Source: a bacterium
GTDB lineage: Bacteria; SAR324; NAC60-12
Direction: 5' to 3'
Assembly: GCA_965209155.1 (NCBI GenBank)
Contig: OZ242383.1
Coordinates: forward strand, 1,376,001 to 1,440,000
DNA: 64,000 nucleotides
Position 1 is the first letter of the stretch. Each line of letters opens with the position of its first letter. Made by a program: the position numbers and the translations under genes. The notes below the pieces were generated by a model that did not search any database, was not told where the DNA came from, and was given only the letters and a program-made list of their open reading frames with translations. This document shows, piece by piece, positions 10,860 to 23,960 of the stretch.

Positions 10860-11405
10860 TTAACTTTTGCGTTTTTTCTTGGTTAGTGCCTTTCCCGCAC
10901 CGTCATGTTCAATTGCAATAATTACTACAGGAAAGGTCATTGCTTCTTTGAATTCTTCTTCAATATAACGAATGGCATCTCTTAAACTTGGTGATCTGTC
11001 TGGTAAGCAAAACTGGAGACGGTCATCAGGGACCACTATCACCCCAACATCTATTTTTCCTAATTGAAGGCTATTTCTCAAGTGGACAATATCCCTGATT
11101 AGCAAGTCACTTCTCGCTGAAACTTGGACTTCTACTCCAAGTCTTGCCAAGACACTATTGTTATAACGAATTCGCTTTATCCAATCAACGCCCCCTGTTG
11201 TTTGCTTTTGCCATTCCCCAACATTTTCAAAGCCCTTGTCCAATGCCTCACGAATAACTGCTGCTCCATTTGCCTGCTTTTCCTCCAATATCAAAATGGT
11301 GGTATCCAAAATGATCTGTTGTAGTTCGAGAAATAAATACGCAAGCCCTAATCGACAAATTTTATCTTTGGACCCGTCGTAGTACCTGATTTTCGTGATT
11401 TTCAT
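10860..11405 (-). CDS. Putative type II restriction endonuclease, BamHI/BglII/BstYI fold
   Basis: NGAAVIRE, GGVDWIK, GVEVQ, GKIDVGVIVVP..LPDR align by eye with BamHI-family motifs; overlaps the MTase. Confidence 0.7.
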   Translation of the reverse strand: MKITKIRYYDGSKDKICRLGLAYLFLELQQIILDTTILILEEKQANGAAVIREALDKGFENVGEWQKQTTGGVDWIKRIRYNNSVLARLGVEVQVSARSDLLIRDIVHLRNSLQLGKIDVGVIVVPDDRLQFCLPDRSPSLRDAIRYIEEEFKEAMTFPVVIIAIEHDGAGKALTKKKRKS

Positions 11406-12225
11406 GAATATCTCTAAATAATTCCAGAAAATTAAATTCTGGTTTCTGCCTCATGAACAATGGGAAACTTTCTTCCAGTCGGTGACTGATATGTTCACAA
11501 TCATACTGTTCAATTCCGATCCAGTAACGAAAATTTTTTTCTGCTGCTTGAAAAGTGGAACCTCCTCCTCCAAAAGGATCTAAAACAATGTCTCCTTCTT
11601 CTGTCGCAATTAATATCGCCCGCTCTGGAATCATAAGCTTCAGTTCATTAACACTGGGGCGGACTTTATATTTTTTATGCCGATTAGGAGAGGTATCCTC
11701 CCAAAAATCGGTAAGATTCAGCCCCTCGGGATTGAGTTTATTTCTATGCCCTCCATAGTCTTTCAATTCTTTGTTGCAATGCCTGCAGGTAGAAACAGGT
11801 AATCTTAATTTGTTAAAAATCTTAGGTGTCCCTCGCGTAAAATACAATAATGCATAATGGGCAGGATAAAGTTTTTTCCCCCTTGGATATGTTCCCTTCA
11901 TCGTAAGGGCTATCCAATGTCTGAAGTCAAGTCTTTCGCTCATAAAATTGGCAAAACGAATAGCTAATACAGGAAGAGCGTACAGAAAAAATGCTCCTCC
12001 TGGTTTCAGGACTCTGGCACATTCATTGATCCATTGATAACTCCATGCAAAATATTCTTCTTCTTCCACTTTGTCACTAAATCCGTTTTTGTAATCCTTT
12101 CCTAAATTGAAGGGTGGGTCGGCAAAAACACAATCAATAGTCTCAGATTTCATTAAATTTAAGATCTCCAAACAATCTGAACTGTATAAAACCCCATATC
12201 TCGTGGTTAAATATGGTTCCATCAC
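11362..12225 (-). CDS. Site-specific DNA methyltransferase (N4-C/N6-A, beta class)
   Basis: Motif IV DPPF precedes motif I DPFGGGGST. Confidence 0.92.
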   Translation of the reverse strand: MMEPYLTTRYGVLYSSDCLEILNLMKSETIDCVFADPPFNLGKDYKNGFSDKVEEEEYFAWSYQWINECARVLKPGGAFFLYALPVLAIRFANFMSERLDFRHWIALTMKGTYPRGKKLYPAHYALLYFTRGTPKIFNKLRLPVSTCRHCNKELKDYGGHRNKLNPEGLNLTDFWEDTSPNRHKKYKVRPSVNELKLMIPERAILIATEEGDIVLDPFGGGGSTFQAAEKNFRYWIGIEQYDCEHISHRLEESFPLFMRQKPEFNFLELFRDIHENHENQVLRRVQR

Positions 12226-12276
12226 TTTTCTCTCGATATGATTAATTTATTAATCCTTCAAAATATCTCCCGTATC

Positions 12277-12308
12277 CCCCTGGATTCCTGGTCAAGCCAG
12301 GAATGACA
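12277..12308. repeat. REP-like palindromic unit (GTCATTCC family)
   Basis: Exact reverse complement of 59775-59806; internal palindrome ATTCCTGG..CCAGGAAT. Confidence 0.8.
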
Positions 12309-12345
12309 CGTTTTCTAACTCCTGTTTCACGTAGCTTGTGAGATT

Positions 12346-13398
12346 TCAACTCACCGGTTGTTCTTTGTTTTTCCTGGTAGAGTCTGGACCTGTTCCTTCT
12401 GGAGTCACTGCAAATTGATGGGTTTCTCTGATTTTACGATCTATTTCGGTGATCATCTTTGGGTTTTCCTCCAAAAATTTTTCAGAATTTTCCCGCCCCT
12501 GTCCTAATCTCTCCCCTTCATAAGAATACCAAGTGCCACTTTTTTGCACGATTCCATCAGAAACCCCGCAGTCCAGAATACTACCCAGTTTAGAAACACC
12601 TTTATTATAGACAATATCAAACTCGGCAGTCCGGAAGGGGGGGGCCACTTTATTTTTGACCATTTTGACTTTCATTTGATGCCCAATCGTCTCATCTCCT
12701 TTTTTAATCAAGGACCCTTTTCTCACTTCCAGCCTCATACTGGAATAAAATTTGAGCGCATTTCCTCCTGTGGTGGTTTCAGGATTGCCGAATAGTACCC
12801 CAATCTTCATACGCAATTGATTGATGAAGATAAAGATGGTGTTGGACTTGGCAACGGAGCCCGTCAGTTTTCGCAATGCTTGCGACATCAATCGGGCTTG
12901 CAATCCGACATGAGAATCTCCCATTTCTCCTTCTAGTTCATTTTTTGGTACCAGGGCAGCAACTGAATCGACGACGACAATATCCACACTGCCGCTCCGA
13001 ACCAAAATATCGGATATCTCTAACGCTTGCTCCCCGTAATCGGGCTGAGAAAGGAGAAGATCCTCGATTTTAACCCCCAGTCTTTTTGCATTGGAAACAT
13101 CCAACGCATGTTCCGCATCAATAAAAGCAGCCGTGCCACCGCTTTTTTGCACTTCCGCCACGGCGCAAAGCGCAACGGTGGTCTTCCCCGTTCCTTCTGG
13201 TCCATAAATTTCCGTGATTCTCCCTTTGGGAAATCCCCCGATTCCGGAAGCGATGTCTAATCCAATGATACCCGTACTGACGGAAGGAAAATGAGTCATG
13301 CCGGTGTCATCCAGTCTCATTATCGAACCTTTGCCAAATTGGCGATCGATCTGTGAAATGGCTAATTGCAATTCTCTGCTCTTATCTTCTTGAAACAT
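12346..13398 (-). CDS. recA: Recombinase A
   Basis: [46 protein letters not shown]. Confidence 0.99.
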   Translation of the reverse strand: MFQEDKSRELQLAISQIDRQFGKGSIMRLDDTGMTHFPSVSTGIIGLDIASGIGGFPKGRITEIYGPEGTGKTTVALCAVAEVQKSGGTAAFIDAEHALDVSNAKRLGVKIEDLLLSQPDYGEQALEISDILVRSGSVDIVVVDSVAALVPKNELEGEMGDSHVGLQARLMSQALRKLTGSVAKSNTIFIFINQLRMKIGVLFGNPETTTGGNALKFYSSMRLEVRKGSLIKKGDETIGHQMKVKMVKNKVAPPFRTAEFDIVYNKGVSKLGSILDCGVSDGIVQKSGTWYSYEGERLGQGRENSEKFLEENPKMITEIDRKIRETHQFAVTPEGTGPDSTRKNKEQPVS

Positions 13399-13623
13399 TT
13401 TTTCCTCCTATTTTTTCGGTTATTCTAATTTCCCCAGATCCCTTCATACATTCCGCCTGCCGATCTCACTGAATTCGACTCCACAAAGATGCATGAGGAA
13501 GTCAAACAACCCGTCTTCGTAGAAAAGCCGGGGAGGATCGAAGTCAAAAGGAATGGGTCGTCTTTGCGAATATCAATAAATGGTGAGTTGGCTTTTCATC
13601 CAATGCCACCTCATTCATGAAAA

Positions 13624-13653
13624 TTGACTTGTATGCCTCAATGTCGTTATAAT
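13624..13653 (+). promoter_or_regulatory. sigma70-type promoter upstream of the cca-smpB-dprA cluster
   Basis: TTGACT-N18-TATAAT. Confidence 0.55.
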
Positions 13654-13787
13654 TCAAATTGAAATCCAGAAATTCTTATATCACGATATTTCGAGAAAGG
13701 ACACCTCGCGATCGATTTATTTTTCCTCACTTGGGATCGTTATTCAAACCCAAATGGCGTTTCAGAACCAAGACCTCAATTACAATC

Positions 13788-15182
13788 ATGTCAATAATTA
13801 AATTGGATCCGGAGATCATTACCATTGCCCGGGCAATCTCAGAAGCAGGGGGAAGAGCACTACTCATCGGCGGGTCTGTCCGTGATATTCTCTTGCATCG
13901 ACCTGTAGTCAAAGATATGGACGTTGAAGTCTATCATCTTTCACCTTCCCGTCTGGAATATGCTTTAACGAAATTTGGTCATGTCGCAATAGTTGGTAAA
14001 AAATTTGGCATCTTTAAATTATCGACTCCTCAAAATGAATATGATTTCAGTTTACCACGTACTGAAAATAAAACCGGTCCGGGGCATAAAGGATTCAGGG
14101 TCGACTTCGATCCGCAGATGAATTTTGCCAGCGCCGCGGCTCGACGGGATTTCACCATCAATGCGATGGGTTATGATATTCTCAGTCGTAAACTATACGA
14201 CCCTTTTCAAGGACGCCAGGATTTGGAGCAAGGTATCTTGCGCCATATCGGGCCTGCTTTTTCAGAAGATCCTCTGCGAGTTCTGAGGGCTATGCAGTTT
14301 GCGGCTCGCTTTGAATTCAAAATCGCAGCGGAAACGCTTGAACTTTGCCAGACACTCGACCTGCATGAACTTCCTAAAGAAAGATTGTTCGAGGAGTTCA
14401 AAAAATTGTTCCTCAAGGCAAAACTTCCATCAATTGGTCTGAAAGCGGCACGGGAATTGGGAGTCTTGAAATTTTTGCCAGAGCTACGAGCACTGATCAA
14501 TGTCCCCCAAGACCCTGAATGGCATCCCGAAGGAGACGTTTGGACCCACACGCTCATGGTAATGGATGAAGCTGCCAAATTGAGGCAAAATGATGATAAG
14601 CGCGACATACGTTTTATGTTTTCTGCCCTTTGTCATGATTTCGGCAAACCTGCAACCACCCTATTCAAAGAGGGGCGATGGAGAAGTCCTGCTCATGATG
14701 TGGAAGGTCTGGAACCCACGGAATCCTTTCTCAGACGCCTCAGTGAAGAACAAACTCTCATCGAGTCAGTGAAAGTCAATGTAAGAGAGCATTTGAAACC
14801 CGCCATGCTCTACAAGGCAAGGAAGGAAGTGACGGATGGCGCCATCCGCAGGTTTGCCATGCGGGTGCCTATTCCCGAACTGATTCGCGTTGCAACTGCC
14901 GATCACTTCGGTAGAACCACTGCGGAGGCGCTTGCCAGAAAATTTCCTGCCAGGGATTGGCTGTTGGCGCGTGTTGAAGCCCTCGATGTTAAAGATCACG
15001 CACCTCGTCCTTTCCTGAAAGGGAGAGATCTGTTGAAGTTGGGTATGACTCCCGGTCCCTTGGTTGGACAATTGATTCGAGAAAGTTTTGAGTTGCAGTT
15101 GGATGGAAAATTAAACCATTTGAATGATGCCATGCTTTGGGTTGAGAAGCGACTCAAAACGCTAACTGCTTTGCAAGAATAA
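13788..15182 (+). CDS. cca: Class II CCA tRNA nucleotidyltransferase with HD domain
   Basis: GGSVRD, DMDVE, RRDFTINA, EDPLRVLR, HPEGDVWTH, HDFGKP; start taken at MSIIKLD. Confidence 0.88.
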   Translation: MSIIKLDPEIITIARAISEAGGRALLIGGSVRDILLHRPVVKDMDVEVYHLSPSRLEYALTKFGHVAIVGKKFGIFKLSTPQNEYDFSLPRTENKTGPGHKGFRVDFDPQMNFASAAARRDFTINAMGYDILSRKLYDPFQGRQDLEQGILRHIGPAFSEDPLRVLRAMQFAARFEFKIAAETLELCQTLDLHELPKERLFEEFKKLFLKAKLPSIGLKAARELGVLKFLPELRALINVPQDPEWHPEGDVWTHTLMVMDEAAKLRQNDDKRDIRFMFSALCHDFGKPATTLFKEGRWRSPAHDVEGLEPTESFLRRLSEEQTLIESVKVNVREHLKPAMLYKARKEVTDGAIRRFAMRVPIPELIRVATADHFGRTTAEALARKFPARDWLLARVEALDVKDHAPRPFLKGRDLLKLGMTPGPLVGQLIRESFELQLDGKLNHLNDAMLWVEKRLKTLTALQE

Positions 15183-15284
15183 GGTTTGTCGGGTTTGGTT
15201 GGTCATATTTGTGACTTTTTGAGTCGCATCGACCGAATTCCCAGGGATTTTCACTGCATATTCCAACCTCGTCTCCGTTGTTCC

Positions 15285-15740
15285 ATGAATATCAAAATAA
15301 TTACGACAAACCGAAAAGCACGATTCGAATACGAAATCATTCAAACCTTCGAAGCAGGCATTGCTTTGAAAGGAACCGAAGTAAAAAGTCTTCGTAACAA
15401 CCGGATCAATATGAGTGACAGCTATTGTCGAATCAACGAGCACTTGGAGATTTTCCTGGTCCATTTGCACATCAGTCCTTATGAATTTGGAAACCGGGTC
15501 AATCATGAACCACTCCGGGAACGAAAACTCCTCTTGCATAAACAGGAGATTCGCAGACTCTACGGACAACTTCGTGAAAAAGGTCGAACCTTGATTCCTC
15601 TGAAATTTTACTTTAAAAGCGGGAAAGTCAAGGTGGAGTTGGCTTTGGTACGAGGTAAAAAAATATATGACAAACGCGAGAGTATGAAACGAAAAGATGA
15701 AGAGCGGGAATTGGAACGTACGCTGAAAACCTTCTCTTAG
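15285..15740 (+). CDS. smpB: SsrA-binding protein
   Basis: NRKARFEY, EAGIALKGTEVKS, RKLLLHK, GKKIYDKR. Confidence 0.97.
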   Translation: MNIKIITTNRKARFEYEIIQTFEAGIALKGTEVKSLRNNRINMSDSYCRINEHLEIFLVHLHISPYEFGNRVNHEPLRERKLLLHKQEIRRLYGQLREKGRTLIPLKFYFKSGKVKVELALVRGKKIYDKRESMKRKDEERELERTLKTFS

Positions 15741-15774
15741 TCGCTTCAGAATTTCTTATAAAACAAGGGTCCCA

Positions 15775-16935
15775 ATGGACACTCCGGAAATGAATTGGTT
15801 GGCATTGAACTTGATTCCAGACCTGGGCGTTCAAACCCTTCGGCAGCTTCTTCAGTATTATGGAAGTACCGACAACCTTCTTTGCGTATCTGCAGAAGAA
15901 TTGGTCCGGAAAAGAGGCATTCCGGAGAAGATGGCCAATCGTATTGCTACAGCAAAAAAAGTGAATAGCTTTCAAATAGAAAAACGATTGATCGAGGAAA
16001 ATGGGATCCAATTGATGTGCCTTGAAACATCTTACTATCCAGAATACCTGAGAGAAATACCGGCTCCGCCCCCAATCCTCTACTGTCAAGGGAACCTGCG
16101 AAAAATCGAATCTCCATGCCTTGCTGTTGTCGGTTCCCGGACTTGCACGCCCTACGGAAAAAAGCACACAAAGCGATTGATATTCGAATTAGCGGAACTG
16201 GTGCCCAATTTGGTCATTGTCAGTGGATTGGCCCGGGGAATCGACACGGTAGCTCACCACTCGGCTTTGGAAGCCGGGGTGTCCACAATTGCAGTCCTTG
16301 CAGGAGGCTTAAAGCATATTTACCCTCCTGAAAACTATCCTCTCGCACAAGAGATCAAGTCGAAAGGGGCGTTGATTTCAGAGTTTCCAATGGGATTGAA
16401 ACCCCTGGCCCGAAATTTTCCGATCCGTAATCGCATTATCAGTGGATTGTCTCAAGGAATTCTGGTGACCGAAGCAGGTCACAAAAGTGGCGCCCTCATT
16501 ACGGCGGCTTTCGGACTTCAACACAATCGAGAGGTCTTTGCTTTGCCCGGCAACGTCGAGGTCCCTGCCAGTCGTGGTACAAACCAATTGATTTCCCGGC
16601 ATCATGCCAAATTAGTCGTTCACGCCCAAGACATTTTGGAAGAATTACAAATTTCCTCCTCTAAAAATATACAAACCAAGTTTTCTTTCGATTCTTCCCG
16701 AAGCCGATCGATCAACCTTTCAGAATTTTCCGAACCTCAACGAAAAATAATAAAAGCACTGGGTTCAGGCTTGCAGGACATTGATTCTCTTTATTCAGAA
16801 ACACGAATTGAAATCAATCAATTGTTAGGCTTGCTGATTGAATTGGAGTTAATGGATACCGTACAGTCTCTCGAAGGACAGCGCTATCAACTTAACGACG
16901 CATTGCAACTTGAGATCAACCCCTCAAACCAATAA
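15775..16935 (+). CDS. dprA: DNA-processing protein DprA
   Basis: AVVGSR, SGLARGID, FPIRNRIISG, SGALITA. Confidence 0.96.
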   Translation: MDTPEMNWLALNLIPDLGVQTLRQLLQYYGSTDNLLCVSAEELVRKRGIPEKMANRIATAKKVNSFQIEKRLIEENGIQLMCLETSYYPEYLREIPAPPPILYCQGNLRKIESPCLAVVGSRTCTPYGKKHTKRLIFELAELVPNLVIVSGLARGIDTVAHHSALEAGVSTIAVLAGGLKHIYPPENYPLAQEIKSKGALISEFPMGLKPLARNFPIRNRIISGLSQGILVTEAGHKSGALITAAFGLQHNREVFALPGNVEVPASRGTNQLISRHHAKLVVHAQDILEELQISSSKNIQTKFSFDSSRSRSINLSEFSEPQRKIIKALGSGLQDIDSLYSETRIEINQLLGLLIELELMDTVQSLEGQRYQLNDALQLEINPSNQ

Positions 16936-17791
16936 CTTGTTCCGCGCAATGGGCAAAGTTAAATATTACGTCATCAGTCCCCGGCATCATTGGGAAATCA
17001 GCAGTACTGCTCTGGTTCAGGCAGGCATATTAATAGTAGTGGTGTTCTTTGCGCTGGTTATCCTGCCTTTTTATCAGTTTATCATCCACGAAAATAAAAC
17101 ATCCGCACTCGAGGATGCGCATGAAATACAAAATTCTTTCAGTCAAAAACACGCAGCGAACACTGCGCAACTGCAACAACAAATCTCCGCGTTGCAAAAG
17201 GAACTTCAGGAGACAAGCGATTCCCTGACAACACTGCAAACCACGCAAAAGTCAGATTCCCAAACCCAACTGGGGAAACAGGAAAAATTTTTCGAGTATC
17301 AACTGGAAATCAATGACCTCAACCTCATCATCAAAAATAAGGACATACAAATCAAGACTCTTGAAAATCAACAACAAAAATACGTACAAGACGTCCAATC
17401 CCTCTCTGCGCAATTGCAAGAGTTGGAAAAACAGTTGAACAAGCACTCACTGTCCGCAGCAGCTTCTGTTGCTAAAACGGATCAAACAATCTTCGCTGAT
17501 CAATTGCATATTGAATCCAAAATGAATAACATTACGGTCCGTTTCAATCTGAGAAGCAATAAAAATGAAGCAATGAAAGGATTTGTGAGCATTTTCCCGC
17601 TGACTGCGGATCAATTGAATCGAGCAATCACGTTTGATCCCAAAAACTCGATTCCCTTCTCAATCCATCGCTTTCTCCCTGTTACTAAAATATTGGAAAA
17701 ACCAAAACAAATTTCATACTCTGCAATACGTATTCTCGTTTGGGATGAAAATAAAACCAGTCTGTTTAACCAAAATTTTCAAATCCCCTGA
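16910..17791 (+). CDS. Membrane-anchored coiled-coil hypothetical protein
   Basis: Single TM segment followed by a Q/E/K-rich coiled coil; operon-like packing. Confidence 0.7.
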   Translation: MRSTPQTNNLFRAMGKVKYYVISPRHHWEISSTALVQAGILIVVVFFALVILPFYQFIIHENKTSALEDAHEIQNSFSQKHAANTAQLQQQISALQKELQETSDSLTTLQTTQKSDSQTQLGKQEKFFEYQLEINDLNLIIKNKDIQIKTLENQQQKYVQDVQSLSAQLQELEKQLNKHSLSAAASVAKTDQTIFADQLHIESKMNNITVRFNLRSNKNEAMKGFVSIFPLTADQLNRAITFDPKNSIPFSIHRFLPVTKILEKPKQISYSAIRILVWDENKTSLFNQNFQIP

Positions 17792-17816
17792 GATTCATGC
17801 CTCGCGCGATGCTTCC

Positions 17817-18518
17817 ATGAATTCTCCTGTGATTGCCCTGCGCAACGTCTCCAAACGATTTGGTTTCCGTACTGTTTTGCAAGGCATTGATCTTGATATT
17901 AAAACGGGAGACTGCACTCTGCTGTTGGGGAATAATGGCGCAGGAAAGACCACCTTGTTGAATATCATTTGTTCATTAACGAGTCCCAGTGAAGGAGAAA
18001 TATTATTCAAGGGCCGCAGTTACCGGGAAGCAGGGCATCAACTGCGTCGGGCAACTGCCAGTATTGCTCACGAAAGTCGCTTGTATGGTGATTTAACAGC
18101 CACGGAAAACTTGAAATTTTTTGGGAATCTCCATGCTTTGAAAAACCTGTTTCCTCAGATTGAAAAATCTTTGAAAATCATGGACCTGGATTACGCAAAA
18201 CACATACCAGTGCATACGTTCAGCAGCGGGATGGTCAAACGATTAACCATTGCAAAGTTGATCCTCTGCCAACCAGAAATTCTGATTTTAGACGAACCCT
18301 ATTCAGGATTGGATGTAAACTCCACCCAACTGCTTCAGGAATATTTAAAAAGATTCCATCAAGAAGGAGGCACCCTATTGATGGTCACCCATCAATATTC
18401 ACTTGGATTGCAATTATGCAACCGTGTGCTTCTCATACGGAATCGCAGCATCCACCATGATGTCCCTGCTTCTCGAATCTCTCCGGAGCAATGCCGATTA
18501 TGGCTCCAGCAAGACTGA
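17817..18518 (+). CDS. ccmA: ABC ATP-binding protein, CcmA-like
   Basis: GNNGAGKTT, LTATENL, FSSGM, LDEPYSGLD; start taken at MNSPVIAL. Confidence 0.7.
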   Translation: MNSPVIALRNVSKRFGFRTVLQGIDLDIKTGDCTLLLGNNGAGKTTLLNIICSLTSPSEGEILFKGRSYREAGHQLRRATASIAHESRLYGDLTATENLKFFGNLHALKNLFPQIEKSLKIMDLDYAKHIPVHTFSSGMVKRLTIAKLILCQPEILILDEPYSGLDVNSTQLLQEYLKRFHQEGGTLLMVTHQYSLGLQLCNRVLLIRNRSIHHDVPASRISPEQCRLWLQQD

Positions 18519-19657
18519 ACTTCAATACTTACATAACAAATCATTCTCATTTATCTCTTCTGCAACCGACTTCCATCCGTGAAATACTGTTGGAACATGA
18601 AGATCTCAGTCGTTTCGGAAGACTGAAAACCTCTGAATTACAATCGTTGATTCACGAAGCCTATAGACGAGGATTTTCTTCAATTTTACAATGGGATATT
18701 CTGGCCACCGAACCCGACCTGCTTTCCGGGGCAAAAATTATTAAACGTTTGCCTTTATCTCAAATTGCCGCAATCCGTGTTCAGGATGTCGGGATCGCCC
18801 AGTGGATACATCAGCACTTTCCGGATATACCCCTCCATCTGATTGCTGAGACAGGTAATCATAATTTGGCCAGTCTACAACAATGGTGCGACTATTTTGG
18901 TGAACAACTTATTCGTTTAGTACTTTCTACGGAAATTCCGGGAATGACACTGAAACAATATTGTGTTCAGTTGAAGCCTCCTTGTGAAATACTGGGATTG
19001 GGACGAATTCTTTTATTTTATACACCGCGTTCGTTGCTTCTTCCATTGCAGCTGAAATCCCGCTTTTCTTCAGAAACCACCGTGGCGAGCGACGATAAAA
19101 AGCACCACCAGTTTCAAATACTGGAAAACCGTCATGGTACTTTCATGTTCCATTACTACGACCTTTTTTTATTGGATCTCCTCCCTGAATTGCTGGAATC
19201 GACACTCCACACCTTGAGATTGGATCTGAGGTTCATCAATTCCTTCGAGTGGATTCAAGAGATTGATTCCCTCAGGGAAAAATACGATGGGAAATTGGTT
19301 AAATCCATCAGGGCGCAATGGCCTGTCCATACCATTCATGGATTTTTCAGAGCCAATCGAACCGACCGTGCGATTCATCGTTTAAAAAATAAACATTTGA
19401 GTGATCATGGCAAGAATATAGTCGCATATGTCGTCGAATCGACCAAGAACCAACACATTGCCCTGATTTCAAGACAACCTTTTCATGCGGATGAAGAGCT
19501 TTTGTTTATTACTCCGGATGGCAGGAAATTAAAAATAGTGCCGAATTGCATTCGAAATACGCAAGGAGAGACAACAAAAACTGCAGACACGGCGGGAGTT
19601 TGGTTGATCCCTCATTTCAAAGGGGTCATCCCGAAAACCTTAATCTATCGCCTTTGA
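18491..19657 (+). CDS. U32-family protein (Cys-poor, small-subunit/TrhP1-like)
   Basis: IRVQDVG, RLVLSTE, FYTPRSLL, ENRHGTFMF. Confidence 0.7.
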   Translation: MPIMAPARLNFNTYITNHSHLSLLQPTSIREILLEHEDLSRFGRLKTSELQSLIHEAYRRGFSSILQWDILATEPDLLSGAKIIKRLPLSQIAAIRVQDVGIAQWIHQHFPDIPLHLIAETGNHNLASLQQWCDYFGEQLIRLVLSTEIPGMTLKQYCVQLKPPCEILGLGRILLFYTPRSLLLPLQLKSRFSSETTVASDDKKHHQFQILENRHGTFMFHYYDLFLLDLLPELLESTLHTLRLDLRFINSFEWIQEIDSLREKYDGKLVKSIRAQWPVHTIHGFFRANRTDRAIHRLKNKHLSDHGKNIVAYVVESTKNQHIALISRQPFHADEELLFITPDGRKLKIVPNCIRNTQGETTKTADTAGVWLIPHFKGVIPKTLIYRL

Positions 19658-19691
19658 CAACACCTTGAACTTTTCAAACTCAGGACCGCTT

Positions 19692-21044
19692 CTACTGTGC
19701 CGGGTAAGGATTGCTGAATTTGGAAGCTCGTTTTCTCCAAATAATTTCTAAGGGGGTCCCTTGAAAGCCGAAATGATACCGCAACTGATTAGTTACGTAC
19801 CGTTCGTAACTGGAATCTGTTTTGTCGGGATTATTGGTCATGAAAACGAAGGTCGGGGGCGAGGTAACGACTTGATTGCCGTAGTATATCCGGGTAGGAC
19901 GTCCGGTTTTGAAAGGAGGCGGATGTTTACTGGTGATTTGTTCCAAAATAGTGTTCAAGTCCGAGGTTTTAATACGGCGGGTATACTGTTGGTAAATCAA
20001 GACCACCAATTCAAATATTTTTAAGATACGAAGGCCTGATTGGGCACTGACAGTAACAATTGGCGCGTAGTCGATGAAAGGCAGTTTTGCATAAATTGCC
20101 TCTTTTATTTTTACCTGAGCAGTTCTGCGATTTTTTACCAAATCCCATTTATTAACGACAATCACTACTGCCTTTTTGCGATCGCAAATATATCCGGCAA
20201 TCCTGGCAGTTTGGGTGGTGATCTCCAGGGTGCCATCAATTATCAACAATACCACGTCAGAGCGTTCAATGGCCTTCAGGGCCGATACAATACTGAAGGT
20301 CTCAATTTTTTGACTGACTTTGCTCTTCCGTCGAATTCCTGCTGTATCGATCAAGACGAATTCATGAGCATTGTATCGAAATTCACTATCAACAGGGTCT
20401 CTGGTGGTTCCTGCCGATTGATCAACCAGCATGCGATTTTCCTGGAGAATCGCATTAACCAGCATGGATTTTCCTACATTGGGTTGACCAACCAGGGCTA
20501 CGTTGATCCTCGGTGACGATTTTTCTTTCTGCTCAGAAATGACCAGTGGGACAGTTTGATGTATGGCATCCAACAACGTTTTTATGCCTAGATCATGCTG
20601 TGCGGAAATTGGAAAGATGCGGGCAGTGCCCGATTGATAAAAATCATAAACGTCGAATCTCTGTTTTTCGCTGTCTGCTTTATTGACCGTAAAAAAAACG
20701 GGTTTATCGCATTGAATCAAATAGCGGTAAATGGCCACGTCATCCACTGTCCAACCTTCTCGCACGTCCATCAAAAATATGATCGCGTCTGCTTCTTGTA
20801 TTGCCAACTGGGATTGCAGACGCATTGACTCCTTGATTCCTTTTGTTTCTGGTTCAAATCCTCCGGTATCGATGAGTAGAAACGTATATTTTATATCATG
20901 GACCATCCCATAATTTCGATCCCTCGTGACACCGGGAGTGTTTTCTACGATGGCAGCGCGCCGCTTGAGCAGACGATTGAAAAGTGTTGACTTTCCAACA
21001 TTGGGGCGCCCTACGATTGCGATAATTGGTAACGACGGAGACAT
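19692..21044 (-). CDS. der: Ribosome biogenesis GTPase Der (EngA)
   Basis: Two G-domains (GRPNVGKS, GQPNVGKS), DTGG/DTAG, FGFQGTP KH-like end. Confidence 0.98.
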   Translation of the reverse strand: MSPSLPIIAIVGRPNVGKSTLFNRLLKRRAAIVENTPGVTRDRNYGMVHDIKYTFLLIDTGGFEPETKGIKESMRLQSQLAIQEADAIIFLMDVREGWTVDDVAIYRYLIQCDKPVFFTVNKADSEKQRFDVYDFYQSGTARIFPISAQHDLGIKTLLDAIHQTVPLVISEQKEKSSPRINVALVGQPNVGKSMLVNAILQENRMLVDQSAGTTRDPVDSEFRYNAHEFVLIDTAGIRRKSKVSQKIETFSIVSALKAIERSDVVLLIIDGTLEITTQTARIAGYICDRKKAVVIVVNKWDLVKNRRTAQVKIKEAIYAKLPFIDYAPIVTVSAQSGLRILKIFELVVLIYQQYTRRIKTSDLNTILEQITSKHPPPFKTGRPTRIYYGNQVVTSPPTFVFMTNNPDKTDSSYERYVTNQLRYHFGFQGTPLEIIWRKRASKFSNPYPAQ

Positions 21045-21069
21045 GGACCTGCTTATCAGTACTGGAAGT

Positions 21070-23472
<2,403 letters not shown>

Positions 23473-23960
23473 TCAAATGAACTGCCAGACTGTAGCAGCG
23501 TGGTAACGAGGTTGCGAAAACGATGAATTTTTTTATACTTTTTGCCCCGTTGAAACTTGAAACCCTGTTTCACAATTTTTAAAACAAAATTTTAACTATT
23601 CTGGATTATAGAACACCCGGCAAATAAATTTCGAACCGTTTTTTGGGGATTTGAAGGTGAAAGCGATTCGTTAAAAAAGAGGGATGGTGTTGGCCCGAGA
23701 ATATCTGCTTATGTAACAAAATAGCTATCAACTGTGGGGAAAAAGTATTATATTTCAGAGGGTAACGCAATATTTTTTACACGGACTATTCCAAATCCAT
23801 GATGTAAAGAGCTTCATGGAGAATGATACCACAGTACCAGATAAAATGAAACATCTAATCGGGAAGCTTCAGACAGCTTGCTATTATTGATCGATCAGGG
23901 TGAATAGAAGATCGAAGTAATCAGGAAAGGTTTTGGCGACGCATTGTGGGTTGTTGATGG

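Noticed and set aside
12323..12338. Second parS (TGTTTCACGTAGCTTG)
   Set aside because: Only the first 10 of 16 bases match and the palindrome is broken
13399..13660. LexA/SOS box upstream of recA
   Set aside because: No match to any LexA consensus I can recognise
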